Part shown: positions 1-19,391 of the stretch, piece after piece | How positions within the stretch are numbered: position 1 is the first letter of the stretch | Layout of the letters: each line of letters begins with the position of its first letter | From: Chrysomallon squamiferum | Lineage: Eukaryota > Animalia > Mollusca | Assembly: GCA_012295275.1 (NCBI GenBank) | Contig: CM022675.1 | Span: 14,198,001 to 14,262,000 of the forward strand | DNA: 64,000 bases | Direction: 5' to 3' | Position numbers and translations under genes: made by a program | The notes under the pieces: generated by a model | Database searches by the model: none | What the model was told of the DNA's origin: nothing | Seen by the model: the letters and a program-made list of their open reading frames with translations, nothing else

Positions 1-222
1 GTAAAAAAATGCAATCGTAATCTGTCCATTAAGATGATGCGGCTTTTTGTTTTGTTTTGTTTTTTTCATTTTTTTTAATTCATTTATATTTAGATCACTA
101 ATAATTTTCCTTTCTGGCTCACTTATTAACGAGGTGGAAATGACTACAGATAGTGTAAACATTCGGTATTTCGTTTCCGCCTCAAATTGTTATCTTTTTC
201 GATAATTTTACAAATACAAATT

Positions 223-3200
223 ATGGCATTAACTGAGAAATTTACGGGGAAGTTAACAGAAGCTCTTGTTATTGCTCGAACGAGAGCTCACGATTTAGAG
301 AGTGTTCGAAAGTTAAATTGTTGGTAGGTTTTTATATTGCCAGATTAAATTACATAGTGACAGTCAATGTGACCAACTTGAACTTGATTATTGATAACTT
401 CAGACTTCATAAGTTTAGTGTAATCTGAGTAATGAATGCTGAACGCTAGTTAATTATTTTAATAATATATGTTTAGACTTTAATAACCCAAAAGTTAAAT
501 TCATAACAAGTAATTAAAATATTTTGAAGATTACTTTTAATATAATTGTTTCATACGAAAAATAGAGAATTAAAAGAAATTATTTAATTAATTTGTATGC
601 AAGTTGAAGTACCACTCGTCCAGTGTTAATGTTAAAACTCAAGAATTAGAATACGATTAAAATTTAATTGATTTACTAAATTATGAATTACTGTGATTTG
701 ATTTACATCATAGAGCAAAATTCAGCATAATATTTAATAACTTAAGGAGAAGTACTAAGTCAAAATAGATGATAATTGATATACTGTTAATGTGTTATAC
801 ATAACTACGGAGTAGGCATAAAATAATAATTTTCTTTCAGGAAGATTATTTGGATATGAATATATATATATATATATATATTGGGTTTTTTAATGTTTTT
901 TGTAGGGCATCAAATATTAAAGATATCAGTATTGTGAAAGAAATGCCAAATCTTGAAGTATGCAGTTTAAGGTAGGTATTGATATTTTTATTTAGTTTTA
1001 TTATTAATATTTTATTTGAAAATTATTTATGTTTATGTACCAGAATTTAATTATTTCTTGAAATTTGTCTTTTTCTGTCAGTTATTATTATTGTTGTTGT
1101 TATTTTTAAATGGAAGCTTACATATTGGAAATCATTTACCACAGCCTGTGTTAAATTTGGTATAAGTAGGTTGGATTTGGTATAACCAAATGGAGTACTG
1201 AACAATTTACAGGGCCCTAAATGCTTATCACTGTGCTGCATTCTTTGTTAATATTTACTAAACACTAATTAAATATTACAAAAAACAAAACAAAAAATAA
1301 CATTAAATAATTAAATATTTCTTCTTCTTATTATTATTATTATTTTTTTTTTTTTTCACAGTGTTAACAATGTTACCAGTCTTGAACATTTTGCTCACTG
1401 TCAAAATTTACAAGAACTGTATGTTCGAAAAAATAACATCGAAAATCTCAGAGATATTCATTACTTAAAAAATCTTCCACGACTCAGAAGTTTATGGCTA
1501 GCAGATAATCCATGTGCAAATACTGAAAATTACAGACTGACAGTATTACGGACACTGCCAAATTTACAGAAGTTAGATAACATAGGTGAGAATAACAAAA
1601 CTTTTATTTTTTTAATTAATTTTTTTTTTCTTCTTCTTCTTCTTCTTCTTCTTTTTCTTCTTATTATTATTACTGTTATAAAGTTAAGAATACAAATATA
1701 TGTGTGTGGCTGTGATATGGGTGTGTTTCCCTCTCTGACAGCCTGCCTATCTTTCTTCATATCTACAACTGCATTTTTCTATTAACTGATTATTTTACTT
1801 ATCCTTACAAACAAAATAAATAAATACATAATGTCTCTTATGGTTATATTTCTTTCAGCTGTTACTGAAGAAGAGGTTAACGAAGCACTGGAGAAAGGTG
1901 ATGAAATTCAACCACCTGAACTGTCTGCCTCTGTCACAGAGCCTGCGAGGATGCTGGCACCATTGCTAGCAGAGGCTCAAGATGTGAATGGGGCTGACGA
2001 TGAGGAAACCGAGCAAAGAGTGGAAGAGGAAAACAAACAGAAACAACACGAAGCTGTCATGCTCAGCATGGAGGAAACCAAGTATGGAGTTATTTTACTT
2101 CTTTGTTTCTTTGCATTGAATGAAAGTTAAAATTTTTAAATATAATATTTATTTTGTTTTGTTTATTACCTTGTTTTGTCTTCTGTACAATATTTGCCTT
2201 TTGGTATTACTTTTAATATTTATAAAATACTTTGTTTCTTTTTCAGAATGTAAACAGGTTTTTAATTTGTAGTTATTTTGGTTAGAATATATGTATCACA
2301 TGTAGAAATAATTAAATTAATTTATGTTTTTGTCCAACTAGATATTTAAAAAAAAAATTGAATATCAGTTGCATCTTAGTACAGTTGTCTTTTTGTTGTA
2401 TATTTGAAAGTTTTAGTGATATGTATTTTTTTCATCTTTCATTTCAGTGTTGTGAAATGTTATTAATTGATATTTATTTACATTAAAACTGCCTTAAAAT
2501 TTCAGTCGCGTTAGAGAACAGCTGGGTTTGAAACCAATCCCTGTAGAGAAAATCAGCACAGCGAAATCAATGCCAACACATGCAACGAAAGCAAGAGTAA
2601 GCTTCAAACTGAGATTAAATACTCTATTATTAATATTAATCATGATTATACTATTACTTGTTTAGTTGTTTTTTAATTTAAGAAAAGCTGGGATTTTCAC
2701 CATTTTTCAAAATCTATATATAATGAAGTCAGTATAATGTTCATATGTTTAAGATTCTGAAGATAAATAGACATTTTGAAGAAATGGAAAAAATTAAAAG
2801 CTGGTAAAGAATATTCATATAGACTGGGATTCTGCAGAATTAACCAATGACAATAGGCCCATAAAGGCATTTACCTGTAAATGTCACACATTATGTATAT
2901 TCTTGCACCTTAACCATGATAAAAGTCATATGTAATGCTGCATATTTAACTGAAAAAGAACTAACTGTTAAAAATTACCGTATATACTTGTGTACAAGGC
3001 GACCGTATGTATAAGTTGATGTGTATTTTAAGACCAAAAATTGCATCATTTTAGGTATTACTTGTGTATAAGTCAGCTGTAGATTCCAGGCACCGTCACT
3101 ATTTTTAGACCAGTGTGACAGTGCCATGAAGGCCTACATTGTATGCCTACTGTAACATAACTTGCACGAGCTGTAACTTGCACGAACATACCAATATAAC

Positions 3201-3863
3201 GTAAATGCATGTATTACACGAGCTATAGCCTAAATCATTGCAAGACGCCGTAAGGCATAACACCGTACTGACTGTTTTCTCGCTTTAAAATGTATTTTTA
3301 TGTCATTAAACGGAAGAATATCATGTTTTACATTCATATTTGTGTTTTGTTATTTAATTTTTCAAAAATTTATATACGATAAAATTATATTTTTGAAAAG
3401 CTAAAAGACCGCAATTATTTTAGATGCATCCTGTAGCAAAAAATAGTCAAAATGGCGATTCTTCAGCAACAGCTACAAAAGCATTACCTATGTATAAGTC
3501 GACCCCCAAAATATTACCTTAATATAGTCTCCCAAAAATTAGACTTATACACAAGTATATATGGTAATTGGCTATAATTGAGGCACACACTGTATCTCTC
3601 TCCTCACATCTCTTTACCTATCCAGCTGTCCATCTGTATGTCTGTCTTTCTCTTCACCACTTTACCTATCTATCTGCTTGTCTGTCTTTCTGTATACTTT
3701 AATCTATAATCCACACATAAATTATTATGAATATGTAACTTTTTTGTTGTTTCAGAATGTTCATATTCTTCATGCGACACTTCTGCTTATCAAAGAACTA
3801 GATCAGGCTAGTTTAGAAATTGTGGAGACAGCAGTGAGAAAGAGACTTGAGAGTCTGATGTAG
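223..3863 (+). CDS. CFAP410: Cilia- and flagella-associated protein 410 (C21orf2/LRRC76-like LRR protein), 6 exons
   Basis: Exons 223-323, 906-971, 1362-1585, 1859-2081, 2506-2596, 3756-3863; all GT-AG and phase-consistent. Translation includes [94 protein letters not shown] and C-terminal [16 protein letters not shown], all typical of CFAP410. Confidence 0.93.
2978..3564. mobile_element. Non-autonomous Tc1/mariner (pogo/Tigger-like) MITE in CFAP410 intron 5
   Basis: TIRs CCGTATATACTTGTGTA ... TACACAAGTATATATGG, TA on both flanks, and repeated subterminal TGTATAAGTCGA-like motifs. Confidence 0.85.
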
Positions 3864-6800
3864 CATTTATGTGGACTCAAGTAAAACACAGAATTAAATA
3901 ATCAGGGAAGTATCAGCATGGACATACTTATGACATCAACTGAAATATTTGTGATGGAGAAAACATGTTGGAAGTATTAGTATATAACTAGACATGTCTG
4001 GAAAGCATTAAGATGAGATGTAATGTTTGTGAAAATTACTATATCCACAGTCAAGATATATATATAAAATGTTAATACCTTCAATTGAAGAATGTATGCT
4101 GAAATAATTTCAGATCCAGTAAGCTGCTTTGAACATATCTGGACATTACAGAGTTTTAAAAAAAATGGTATCGATTCTAATATGAAATCTGACTTGAATC
4201 CAAAATTTCAATATTGGTCTGCCTCATTTTGAAGAATTATTATTATTTTTATTATTTTTTTATTTAATTAACTTTGTTTATTTATTTAATAATAGGGTTT
4301 TTTTCTTTTCTTTCTTTTGTATGTCATGTTTCTAAACTGTCCCATATGTAAACATTTATGTTACCAGTGAGGTAAATTTCATTTTGGTTTTTAAAATGGA
4401 TACCAAATTATCTCCTGGTGTATTTATTTAATTATATTTTGTGAGTTAAGATAAAATGCTGTTAGTTGGTAATCTGAATTTTGTCTGTGATATATTAAAG
4501 CTAGGTCTCAGATATTTATTTTCTTATTTTCAATTATTATAAACATCTGAAATATTATCTATAACATACATTACAAAAATAATAATTTCCATTTCATTTT
4601 TTTAATTTATTTTTTTAATTTTTAAAATAATAGTTTCTGTTTATGATTGAGACAAAGAATATTCGTTATTTTCCTTTGATCCAAATGTTAAGAATAGTCA
4701 ATATTAGGATTTTCACATCTGTTGTCATGAAATCTATACCTTTCTTATTTCCTCAAAACCTACAATAAACCTGTTTCTATAATTGTATAACCTGTTGTCC
4801 ATTCATTGGATTTAAATGAAAGGAATTATTTTTACTACATTAGAATACATTTCAAAATAGTCAAAAATATAACTTCGTTAATTAAATGAATAGTTAATGC
4901 TCTTTAATAAAGATATATAACTTTCTTTCAGAAATAAGCATTAAATATACCCACTAAAAATATATGTATAATTTATATTAAATGTGTTATATTGTAAGCT
5001 TATATGGAAGAAAGTTTTTATGAAATTAATTTTGAGTCTTCCGTTATTAAACAACCTCAGATTAATGAAATTCATTCATTCTCTGAAAAAAGGATTTTCT
5101 TTAAAAAATGTTTAAATTTTGTTACTTATGTAGACCATCTCCAGTTTACTTTTAACATTATTATGATTTATTTATTTATTTAATCCTTTTTTCTTCTTTT
5201 CTGTTTATATATAGATACATACATACATACATACATACATTTTGTTTTTGTGTGTGTGTGTGTGTTTTTCTTCAAACTAATATTATTCTGGGCCAGTTAC
5301 ATATCTATTTCTCTTTTTGTTTTTCTTTTACATAAAAATATACTTGTATATAGAAATGTAATGGGTTTCTTTAATTGGAACTATTAGCCGTCCAACTGTG
5401 ATATTTCAGAACACTCATACATAAACACGGGATTCTTTTTTATTTAAAAAAAAATTTTAAATTTAATTATTTATTTTATATTTTTAATTTAATTATTGTG
5501 TAGTAAAGTTTGTTTTATGTAGTGGAAATATTCATTTCACAGTAAATTATGTCTCATCTTTATTATTTATTATCAACCATCTTTTGTTTATTTATATATA
5601 GTTTTATGGAATTAATTATTTTAATGATAAGTTAACAACAAAACAACAAATATTCATTGTGATAGAAAGTATCTTAACAAATTAGCTGTTTGAATTTGTG
5701 AAAACTTTGTTTTTAATCTTACAATATTAAATTCACCTACGTACATAACATTACACACACATACATGTGTACTCACACAAACACACACACACACACACAC
5801 ACACAAAACTAGGATTAAGTTCAGTTCAGTTGACAAAATTCATATACAGGTAACTTATCACACAATCTTGTTAACACAATAAAAAGATTACAATTACATC
5901 ATATGTAGTTACTCTCTGTTACTCCTAAAACATAAAGTTGACAGATAACAGCAGAGCCACTTTGGATTAAATATAACTGATATACAAGAGTCCAGTCATA
6001 ATATGTTTGTTTTTATGTCAACTGTATTATGGTTTTTTATTAAATTTTTTTAATATTTTAATATTTGATGTGCATAACTGTGAATGAAGGTGTCAACATG
6101 TGTATTTTCATATTTCTATATTTTAATGTTTATAATAATATATGTGTTTGTGACAGATACTAATCTTATTCCAAATAAAATAATTTTGGCATATTTTTTT
6201 GAATGCTTGGTTTTATTCATTTTGTATTATCTGTATTATAGCTGTATAATGATGGAAATGAGCAGAATGGTATACTTAAAGTAGATATGTTTTAATTTAA
6301 AAATCAAGATGTTCTTATTAAAAAAAATGGAACAAGATAATACAAATAAAATATTTATTCAGAACATTTAGGATGTCATTTACATTAGAGGGATCATTTT
6401 AAATATTAAAGCAAATTTCATTAATATAAATTAAGTATTTTACAAATATTAAACATTTTGCAAATAAATTATTAATATAATTTTAAATCATTTCAAAATG
6501 TAAAAGTTAACAGGGAGTCCTGCCTAGATGTTAACATAAAAATACGAAATATTTGGAATTAACCAACAGTACAATGTGTATTTTGAGGTGATAATATTTT
6601 CAACAAATTATAATAAATTTGTGTTTTATACCAAATGCATATAAGTTATATATATTTTCTGAGAAATATGTCTTCACTCACAAAGAATTAATGTATGTAT
6701 GTATATATATTTGTGTGTGTGTACACACACACATAAATAAAATGCATGTTTTCTATTTGATTTTGTCACAAAGGATTATATATTAATAATTTACATGTAA

Positions 6801-7033
6801 TGTATTACTGCTCTCAAACTGGATAGCGGTGCTTGAATTACAGGTGTTTTGTTAATACTGTATATTTATAAATATTTATAATTTCACTACATAATTCTAT
6901 CACCAGTACAAATTTTAACCGTTGCCAAAAAAAAAAAAGGTTCAAAACCTCTGTTCTAAATGGTCACATCAAACCACAGCAAGGAAATTTTATTATTTTA
7001 TTTTATATTTTATATATTTTATTTTTTATTTTT

Positions 7034-12812
<5,779 letters not shown>

Positions 12813-12981
12813 CAAAATTATTATTTTTAAAACCTAAAACACTATGTAACTTTATGTTTCGTTAAGAAGTAAACCTTAACCAGGCATTTTCAGTTTGTTG
12901 CGCTACGCCGACTAGACCTTGGAAACGCGCGCTAATAATATTTAGTTTGGATTTCATTAACGCGCTATATTAAAATCTACC
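12813..12981. promoter_or_regulatory. Bidirectional promoter shared by RNF32 and translin
   Basis: The head-to-head ATGs at 12812 (-) and 12982 (+) are only 169 bp apart, with a local CpG cluster (CGCTACGCCG, ACGCGCGC). Confidence 0.7.
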
Positions 12982-15900
12982 ATGTCTGTGGGTGTTAAAG
13001 AGGGAATCTTTGCTGAATTTCAAGATTATCTTAATGCTGAACAACAATTACGAGATGTATGCTATTTATATGTTTTTAAACTGTTCAGAAGTTTTAATTC
13101 ACTTAATTAAATATTAATTATTATTCACATAATGACATATCCGATAATATCGTTATCACTATCAGTCTCTTACTGAGTTACTCTCTCAGTAGAGAGTATG
13201 ATTATCAATATCACATGTGTTACTAATTTTATTAGTCAAATGAAAATAAAGGAACATTGTTCAGATTTAACAGAATTTAGGGTCTTGTGAAATGCAAAAT
13301 TAGAATTAAATAATTATAATAATTTCGTAAAAAATACAAACCATCAAAACGGAATAAAAAATATATATTCTGTTTTATTATCATTAGCATTATTTTTTAA
13401 AATTATTTTTAATTATTATTTTTATTTATTATTATTATTTTTAGTATTTTTTTTTTTTTAGGAAATTCGAGTTGTTGTCCACGATATTGAACAAACCGCT
13501 AGAGAGATTCAAACTAATCTTCAAGCCATTCACCAAGCAGAAGGAATTAAAAACAGTAATGATCCGTTGATAATCTTATTAAAAATCTAATGTACCTTTA
13601 GTTATATATATATATATCACAAGTTATCATATTTTTTTTATAATTAAATATAAAATGATTTTTCCAAGATTCCCATTTTGGAAATGTAAAGAAAATGGGA
13701 AGATTAATCAAATAATTTAGGAAGTACTAATTAGTTGGCTTTATGTGACATGTTTTTTTAATGGTCAGTATTAATTTGCTTGTTATATCTTGTTTTTATT
13801 TTGTCATATTCAGAATACTGAAGTATATATTCAGTAAATATATTTTTGTTGTTATTTAGTCAAAACAGTTTGTGAGCAAGCAAAAAAGGATTTCAGCAAA
13901 GTCAGAGAACAGATTTCAAAGTTAGCAGAGAAAATTCCTGACAACCAATACTACAGGTAATTTTTTATTTATTTATTTATTCTTATTATTGGATGATTAA
14001 ATATTATCACATTTATGAGAGAGAAAAACTACATTGGATTGTTAATGTTTGTATCATCTTGGAGAATATAGTGATATAATAATCTTTTATATATGCCATG
14101 TATATTTCTGCCTTTAACTGAAGCAAAATAAACAATTTCATCATTACATTTATTTTTCTTTTGTGAGAACAGGAAAGCACATATCACTACTTTTTATACT
14201 TTAGAGTTATTTTATTGTTAGAACAAATATCATACATCTGATTATAGCATCTTTACTATGAATTGGTTCTATAATAAATATTACCCACATATTTATAACT
14301 TATACATACCTTCATGGACTAAAAGTGACATCAACACTTCAAATACATTTCTCTTGCCATTAGTCTCAAATCTATGGTAAACTGTAAAATATTAAAACTA
14401 GAAGCAGTCTTCATTTTCTTTTTCATTTTTTTGATTGTGAAAGCAAACATTTATTCTTGAAATCCTTCACCATGTTTGTAAATGTATCTAATTTTATAAA
14501 CTTTTTGTACGACAAGTTTATCCTTGTTCTGAATTACTTATTAAATGTTTTTATTTATTTATTTATTCATTTTAAAAAGATTGCGATATTAACAGTTTAT
14601 TAAATATTAACTTTAGAATAATTTATTCTCGAATTTCATCAGTTTACAATTTATAATTTTTCAGATTTCATGATCACTGGAGATTTGTGTTACAGAAATT
14701 AACCAGTCTAGCTGCCTTGATTACCTACCTTGAGGAAGAAAAACTGATTGGTCGAGAGGATGCAGCTGCAATGATTGGTGGTAATTATTAACCAATAAAT
14801 TTGCTTGACACAAGTGAATGTTTTTTAAAATAGGTACTCACAAAGTGTTGTTCTGTTTGGGAAATATAAAGCTGATTCCTAACTATAATTGTAGATCTTT
14901 TTATTCTGATTTCAGTATTAAAAAAAAAAATTCAAAGTTGTCCACTGAAATAGTTCTAAAGTTATGAATTTTTCAATATTTAATTTTTTGATGCTCTTTA
15001 CATACAGTTGTGCTTTGCTTGCTTTTTAAGGGTCCCTTCTGAAGTGAGATTTTCTGTCCAAGCTTATCTTATAATGTGTTGTAAAGGTGCAGTGTAATTT
15101 GTTTCATACCTGTGCAAAGTATTTATACTGATATCTGATAAAATTATTCATTGTGCTAGACCTTTCACAGGGTAAAAAAAAAAATCTTTGAAAATTCATA
15201 ATTCCACTTCTACTCGTACCATAAAAAGAAATATTTATTCCAAATTAATGGGAGTGAAAAGATCTAGATGATGAAATACATTTAAAAGGGATAAATTAGA
15301 AAATTAGAAATGTTAATATGTTTTTCTCTTAAGTTGTACTTTGCTTCAGCATCGAGATACAATCTTAGTGCTAGCAAAGTTTATATAATAATTGAAAAAG
15401 CACTTTAAAAACTGGATAAATAATGAGTTACAGTAATTACATACAGTGTTTTGAGATGTGAATGTAAATGGAGGAGACGCTGAATTTCACCCAGATAAGA
15501 TTTAAGAAGTGACTTTTGGAAAGGTGTGTCTGAGAGGCTGTTTGAATATGACAGAAGACTTTATGAAGCAAATGTCAAAGCAGAGAGGAGATAGAATAAG
15601 GATGTTATCACTTATTACATATGTAGTAAGTTTCAAACATAACAAGCTTAATTTTCCCTACTAAGATTAATTAAACACACTTACTCCATTACCATTTCCA
15701 ATAGATTTGCCTCAACTGCAGAAAAATCAAATGAAAATATAACTACTACAGAATAAGCAATTGCAAATGAGACTATTTTTAGATAAAACAACAGTGACCA
15801 TAGATCAGTCATCTTGTGACTCAGAACTGAATTGGCTTCAGTGGCCACAATTTAACATGTGGTTCATCCAGAAACATGCTCTGGAGTCATCTCTCTCAAA

Positions 15901-17063
15901 TCAAGCAGTTGGTTATGCAGTTGTTTTGAGCTTAAATTCCACATATTTGTTTACAAAGATAATTTACTCAGCGAATAAATCAAGCATTCAAGTCAATAAA
16001 AACAGTCAAAACAATATGGCAGACCCCAAACATAGAGATGTTTTTGAGTACCTGTTTAAAATACAAAACCTGATGAAAGGTTTGTTGAAGTTCATGTTTT
16101 ATAGTTGGATTCTTCACACTTCTCTTTTTTAATAATAAAAACCATTAACATTCATCCTGTGCCAGTTGTGCTACTAATAAAATGTGACAGTAATATTATA
16201 TAACTGTTAGTTTGAATAGTTTTATGGTTCTGTTTATAGTCATGGCCTTACATCTAAAGTTAAAACATTTTTTAAACTGATTGTGAAGGATACAGGTGTA
16301 CAAAAAAGCAGGTTAGGTTGTTGTTTTTTTTTTTTTTTTTAAAATCATTTCAGACTATTGTCTGCATGACCACAGTAAAATCATTCATTGCTTTTGTGAA
16401 ATTTTGAATATATCTCTAAAACTAAGTAGTATTTAAGATATTACACTTTGTTAGTTACAGATGTATCAGATATTATCTCGTCTTTCAGTGAAAGCAAAAA
16501 GAGATGATGGCTTTCATATTGATCTTGATGATTATCTGATGGGATTATTACAAGTAGCTTCAGAACTTGTGAGTATTTTTGTCCCTCCTTATTTACTGTA
16601 AATACATTCATTCATTTCACAAATACATGTCACACATGCAAAAACACATGTGCACACAGATACCCACATTACAATGGAAATGATAAAATTTAAATATTGT
16701 TTTTCTTTTTTCTTTATTTGGTTTATTATTATTTATTTGTCTTTCTTTGTTCTTTTATTTATATATATAACACACAAACACATACACATACACTCATAGA
16801 TACAAAAAATCATCTTCAATTGTTTTTTTCAGTCAAGACTTGCTGTCAACTCAGTTACTGCAGGAGACTTTGCCCGACCAGTTAGAATTTCTAAGTTTGT
16901 TGCTGAGTTGGACTCTGGTTTTAGATTGCTCAATTTAAAAAATGACAATTTACGCAAACGATTTGATGCTCTGAAATACGATCTCAAAAAGGTCGAAGAA
17001 GTAGTTTATGATCTGACTCTCAGAGGACTCAAACCTGAAGACCCTGCATCGAAGAAAGAATAA
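12982..17063 (+). CDS. TSN: Translin (C3PO subunit), 6 exons
   Basis: Exons 12982-13056, 13462-13555, 13860-13956, 14665-14780, 16489-16568, 16833-17063. Motifs: QYYRFHDHWRFVLQ, GFHIDLDDYLMGLL, ELSRLAVNSVTAGDF, SGFRLLNLKNDNLRKRFDALKYDLKKVEEVVYDLTLRGL. Confidence 0.96.
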
Positions 17064-19109
17064 TAATTTCATGCATATTCATAATCATACAAAGTACATT
17101 TTAACATGGAGATGTTTTGTTCATTAGGAAAGAATTGTAAGAGCCTGGTAGGTTAAATAGAAATGAATATGCAGCTACTTTATGATGCTGAGAAAGCAGT
17201 AAAGATTGGTCATCACTAATTTATGTTTTCTCAGTATACATTTCACTAGAGACATTTTTAAACCACCCACTTCTTTTGATGTATTATTTGTTTAGAGAAA
17301 TATTCAAAGGAAAAAAAGAACAATTACACAACAGTTTTTCAATATTACTGTAATCTTGCTGAACTTTTGTTATGGACATTCTCTTTTACATTGTTAGTTA
17401 AATACTGGAATTTATATATTTAAAAACTTGAATATCAGTATAAAGTAAAACATTTCTATTGTGTGTGCTAGGAGCAATATAACTGATAAATTGTATCTAT
17501 TACATGGGTTTATTCTATCATTGTAAAATTATTCATGTTTATCAAACTGTTAATAATCTATATTTGGAATTATTTAAGTGTATGTTATATTTTTTAAAAT
17601 AAAAATAAACATTTCTTATTTTTGTGTTTGTCTAAAAAAAAATCACATTTTTATCAATAATGGTTATTTTTTTTATCGTTTCTGGTCCAATTTTGTATTT
17701 TTATGCATACTTTTGTACCATAAGTAGCCTAATGTTAATAAGATAACTGTTTTTATAGGCAACATTTACTATATACTTTAACAAAATCAGTGACATACAT
17801 TTCCACACATATCTTGCAACCCTGTGGATAAAATAAATTACAAGCAAGAATCATTTCTGTGTACATTCACACAGCCAGAAATTTAGCATCTGTGTCACAA
17901 TTTTACGTTAAATGAGGCTTCAGCTGGAATAAACAATCCTGTAATCTATAATGTGAGATATACACTACACACTAGTACACCCTTAATCCTTTCTTCTTAG
18001 GCCATGTTAACACGTCTCAGTTAAACTAAAAATAGTTTTGTCTAAACAGAACAGCAGATTTTGGTTTGCTTTTTTTAGACATTATGTCACAGTCAATTAC
18101 TAATAACCCAGACAGGACTGGTATTTACATGAGATCTATGACATAGTTTTTGTAACACGTTATGGTTTTGTGATAAACATATGTTCGGCAGTGACTTGTT
18201 TGACAAATATTTATTCTTTCTAATCAGTAATTTATGAGAAAATCAGTAATCTGTTTCATAAAACTACTAAGAACATTCACAGATATACCTTATTTTCTGT
18301 CTGTTAAGTCTAAGCATGGAAAGTTTTTAATTGTTTTTGTTTTTGTTTTTACATTTTCCAGCACTCCTTTTCAACTAATTATAATTTTTGAAATATGTGG
18401 CTGTCTCCTGTATGCTTTGCATGTGTACAGTTTAGGGGGTAGGGGGCTCCACTGTCCTTCAGAATTTGGGCAGCACTATAGAACAAAAATGAAGTAAAGG
18501 ATTCATTAAACCCAACTGTGTTTTAGTCTGTTAAATTTCAGGTAAATTAGCCCCTCTACCTACCTTAACTGAGCATTCCCTATACACCCATGTCTGTCTG
18601 TGTGTGTGTGTGTGTAAAAAACAAAATATTTATTTTTAAAATTTTATATATATATGTATTTGTGTGTGTGTGCACACACACACACACCATAATTCTGAAA
18701 ATAAAGAAATATTTTATTTTTATTATTTTTACACTAGATGTCTGTCTATAAAAGTGTAAATTACACTAATAATAATTAGAAAAATAAAAACATTTAACCT
18801 TTCATAATTTTATAGTATTCTGAGAACGTGACTGTGTTCAATATGCTATTTTAACTTGGTTTTGGGTTGTTGTTTTTTTTATCTCCGAAATTCTTCCAGT
18901 TCAAAATTCTGCAGAAATTTAGCACTGTAAAAAGTATAGTGCAACTAGCGGCTTTGTGGCATTAGAAGTGTCACTGTTCATGTTTTGCAAATTTAAAAAG
19001 TAAAAACATGATGAAAACCGAAGGAAAAAAAAACGTGAAATGATTATTAAATATGACATGAATGTTTATTAGTTGTTTCTATTGACATTACATCATGCTA
19101 TGTTTGGTT

Positions 19110-19295
19110 ACGGAACGTGATGTTGCTCAACGATGAAAATCACCTGCACTTGGATTTAGATCGGACCACCAGTGATAACCAATTGAAACCCTTGTCTTAA
19201 AAGGATGTTCTTTTCCCACCAATCAAAACGTGCGTAATTGATAAACTGTCAACTGCAGAAATCAGCTGAACACTGCACTTTTAAATATATAGATA
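19110..19295 (+). promoter_or_regulatory. Putative MSMO1 core promoter (SRE-like element, two CCAAT boxes, TATA-like box)
   Basis: ATCACCTGCAC at 19139-19149, CCAAT at 19179 and 19219, TAAATATATA at 19282-19291, about 100 bp upstream of the ATG. This resembles SREBP/NF-Y sterol-gene promoters. Confidence 0.45.
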
Positions 19296-19391
19296 CATAA
19301 CACATTACCACAGAACCATAGTGTCGGAACGTAAAACTGTTCATTATTTTGTTTTTTTAATGCTGGCTAAATAGGTGATGCACTAATCAAA

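Noticed and set aside
6345-6359. Back-to-back AATAAA signals between convergent CFAP410 and RNF32
   Set aside because: AATAAA is very frequent at this AT content and cannot be assigned without 3'-end data.
15761-16132. 123-aa ORF in translin intron 4
   Set aside because: Non-ATG start in the track, no recognisable domain and no splice support.
18420-18592. Possible MITE with CATG..TA ends upstream of MSMO1
   Set aside because: The inverted ends are too degenerate to support a call.
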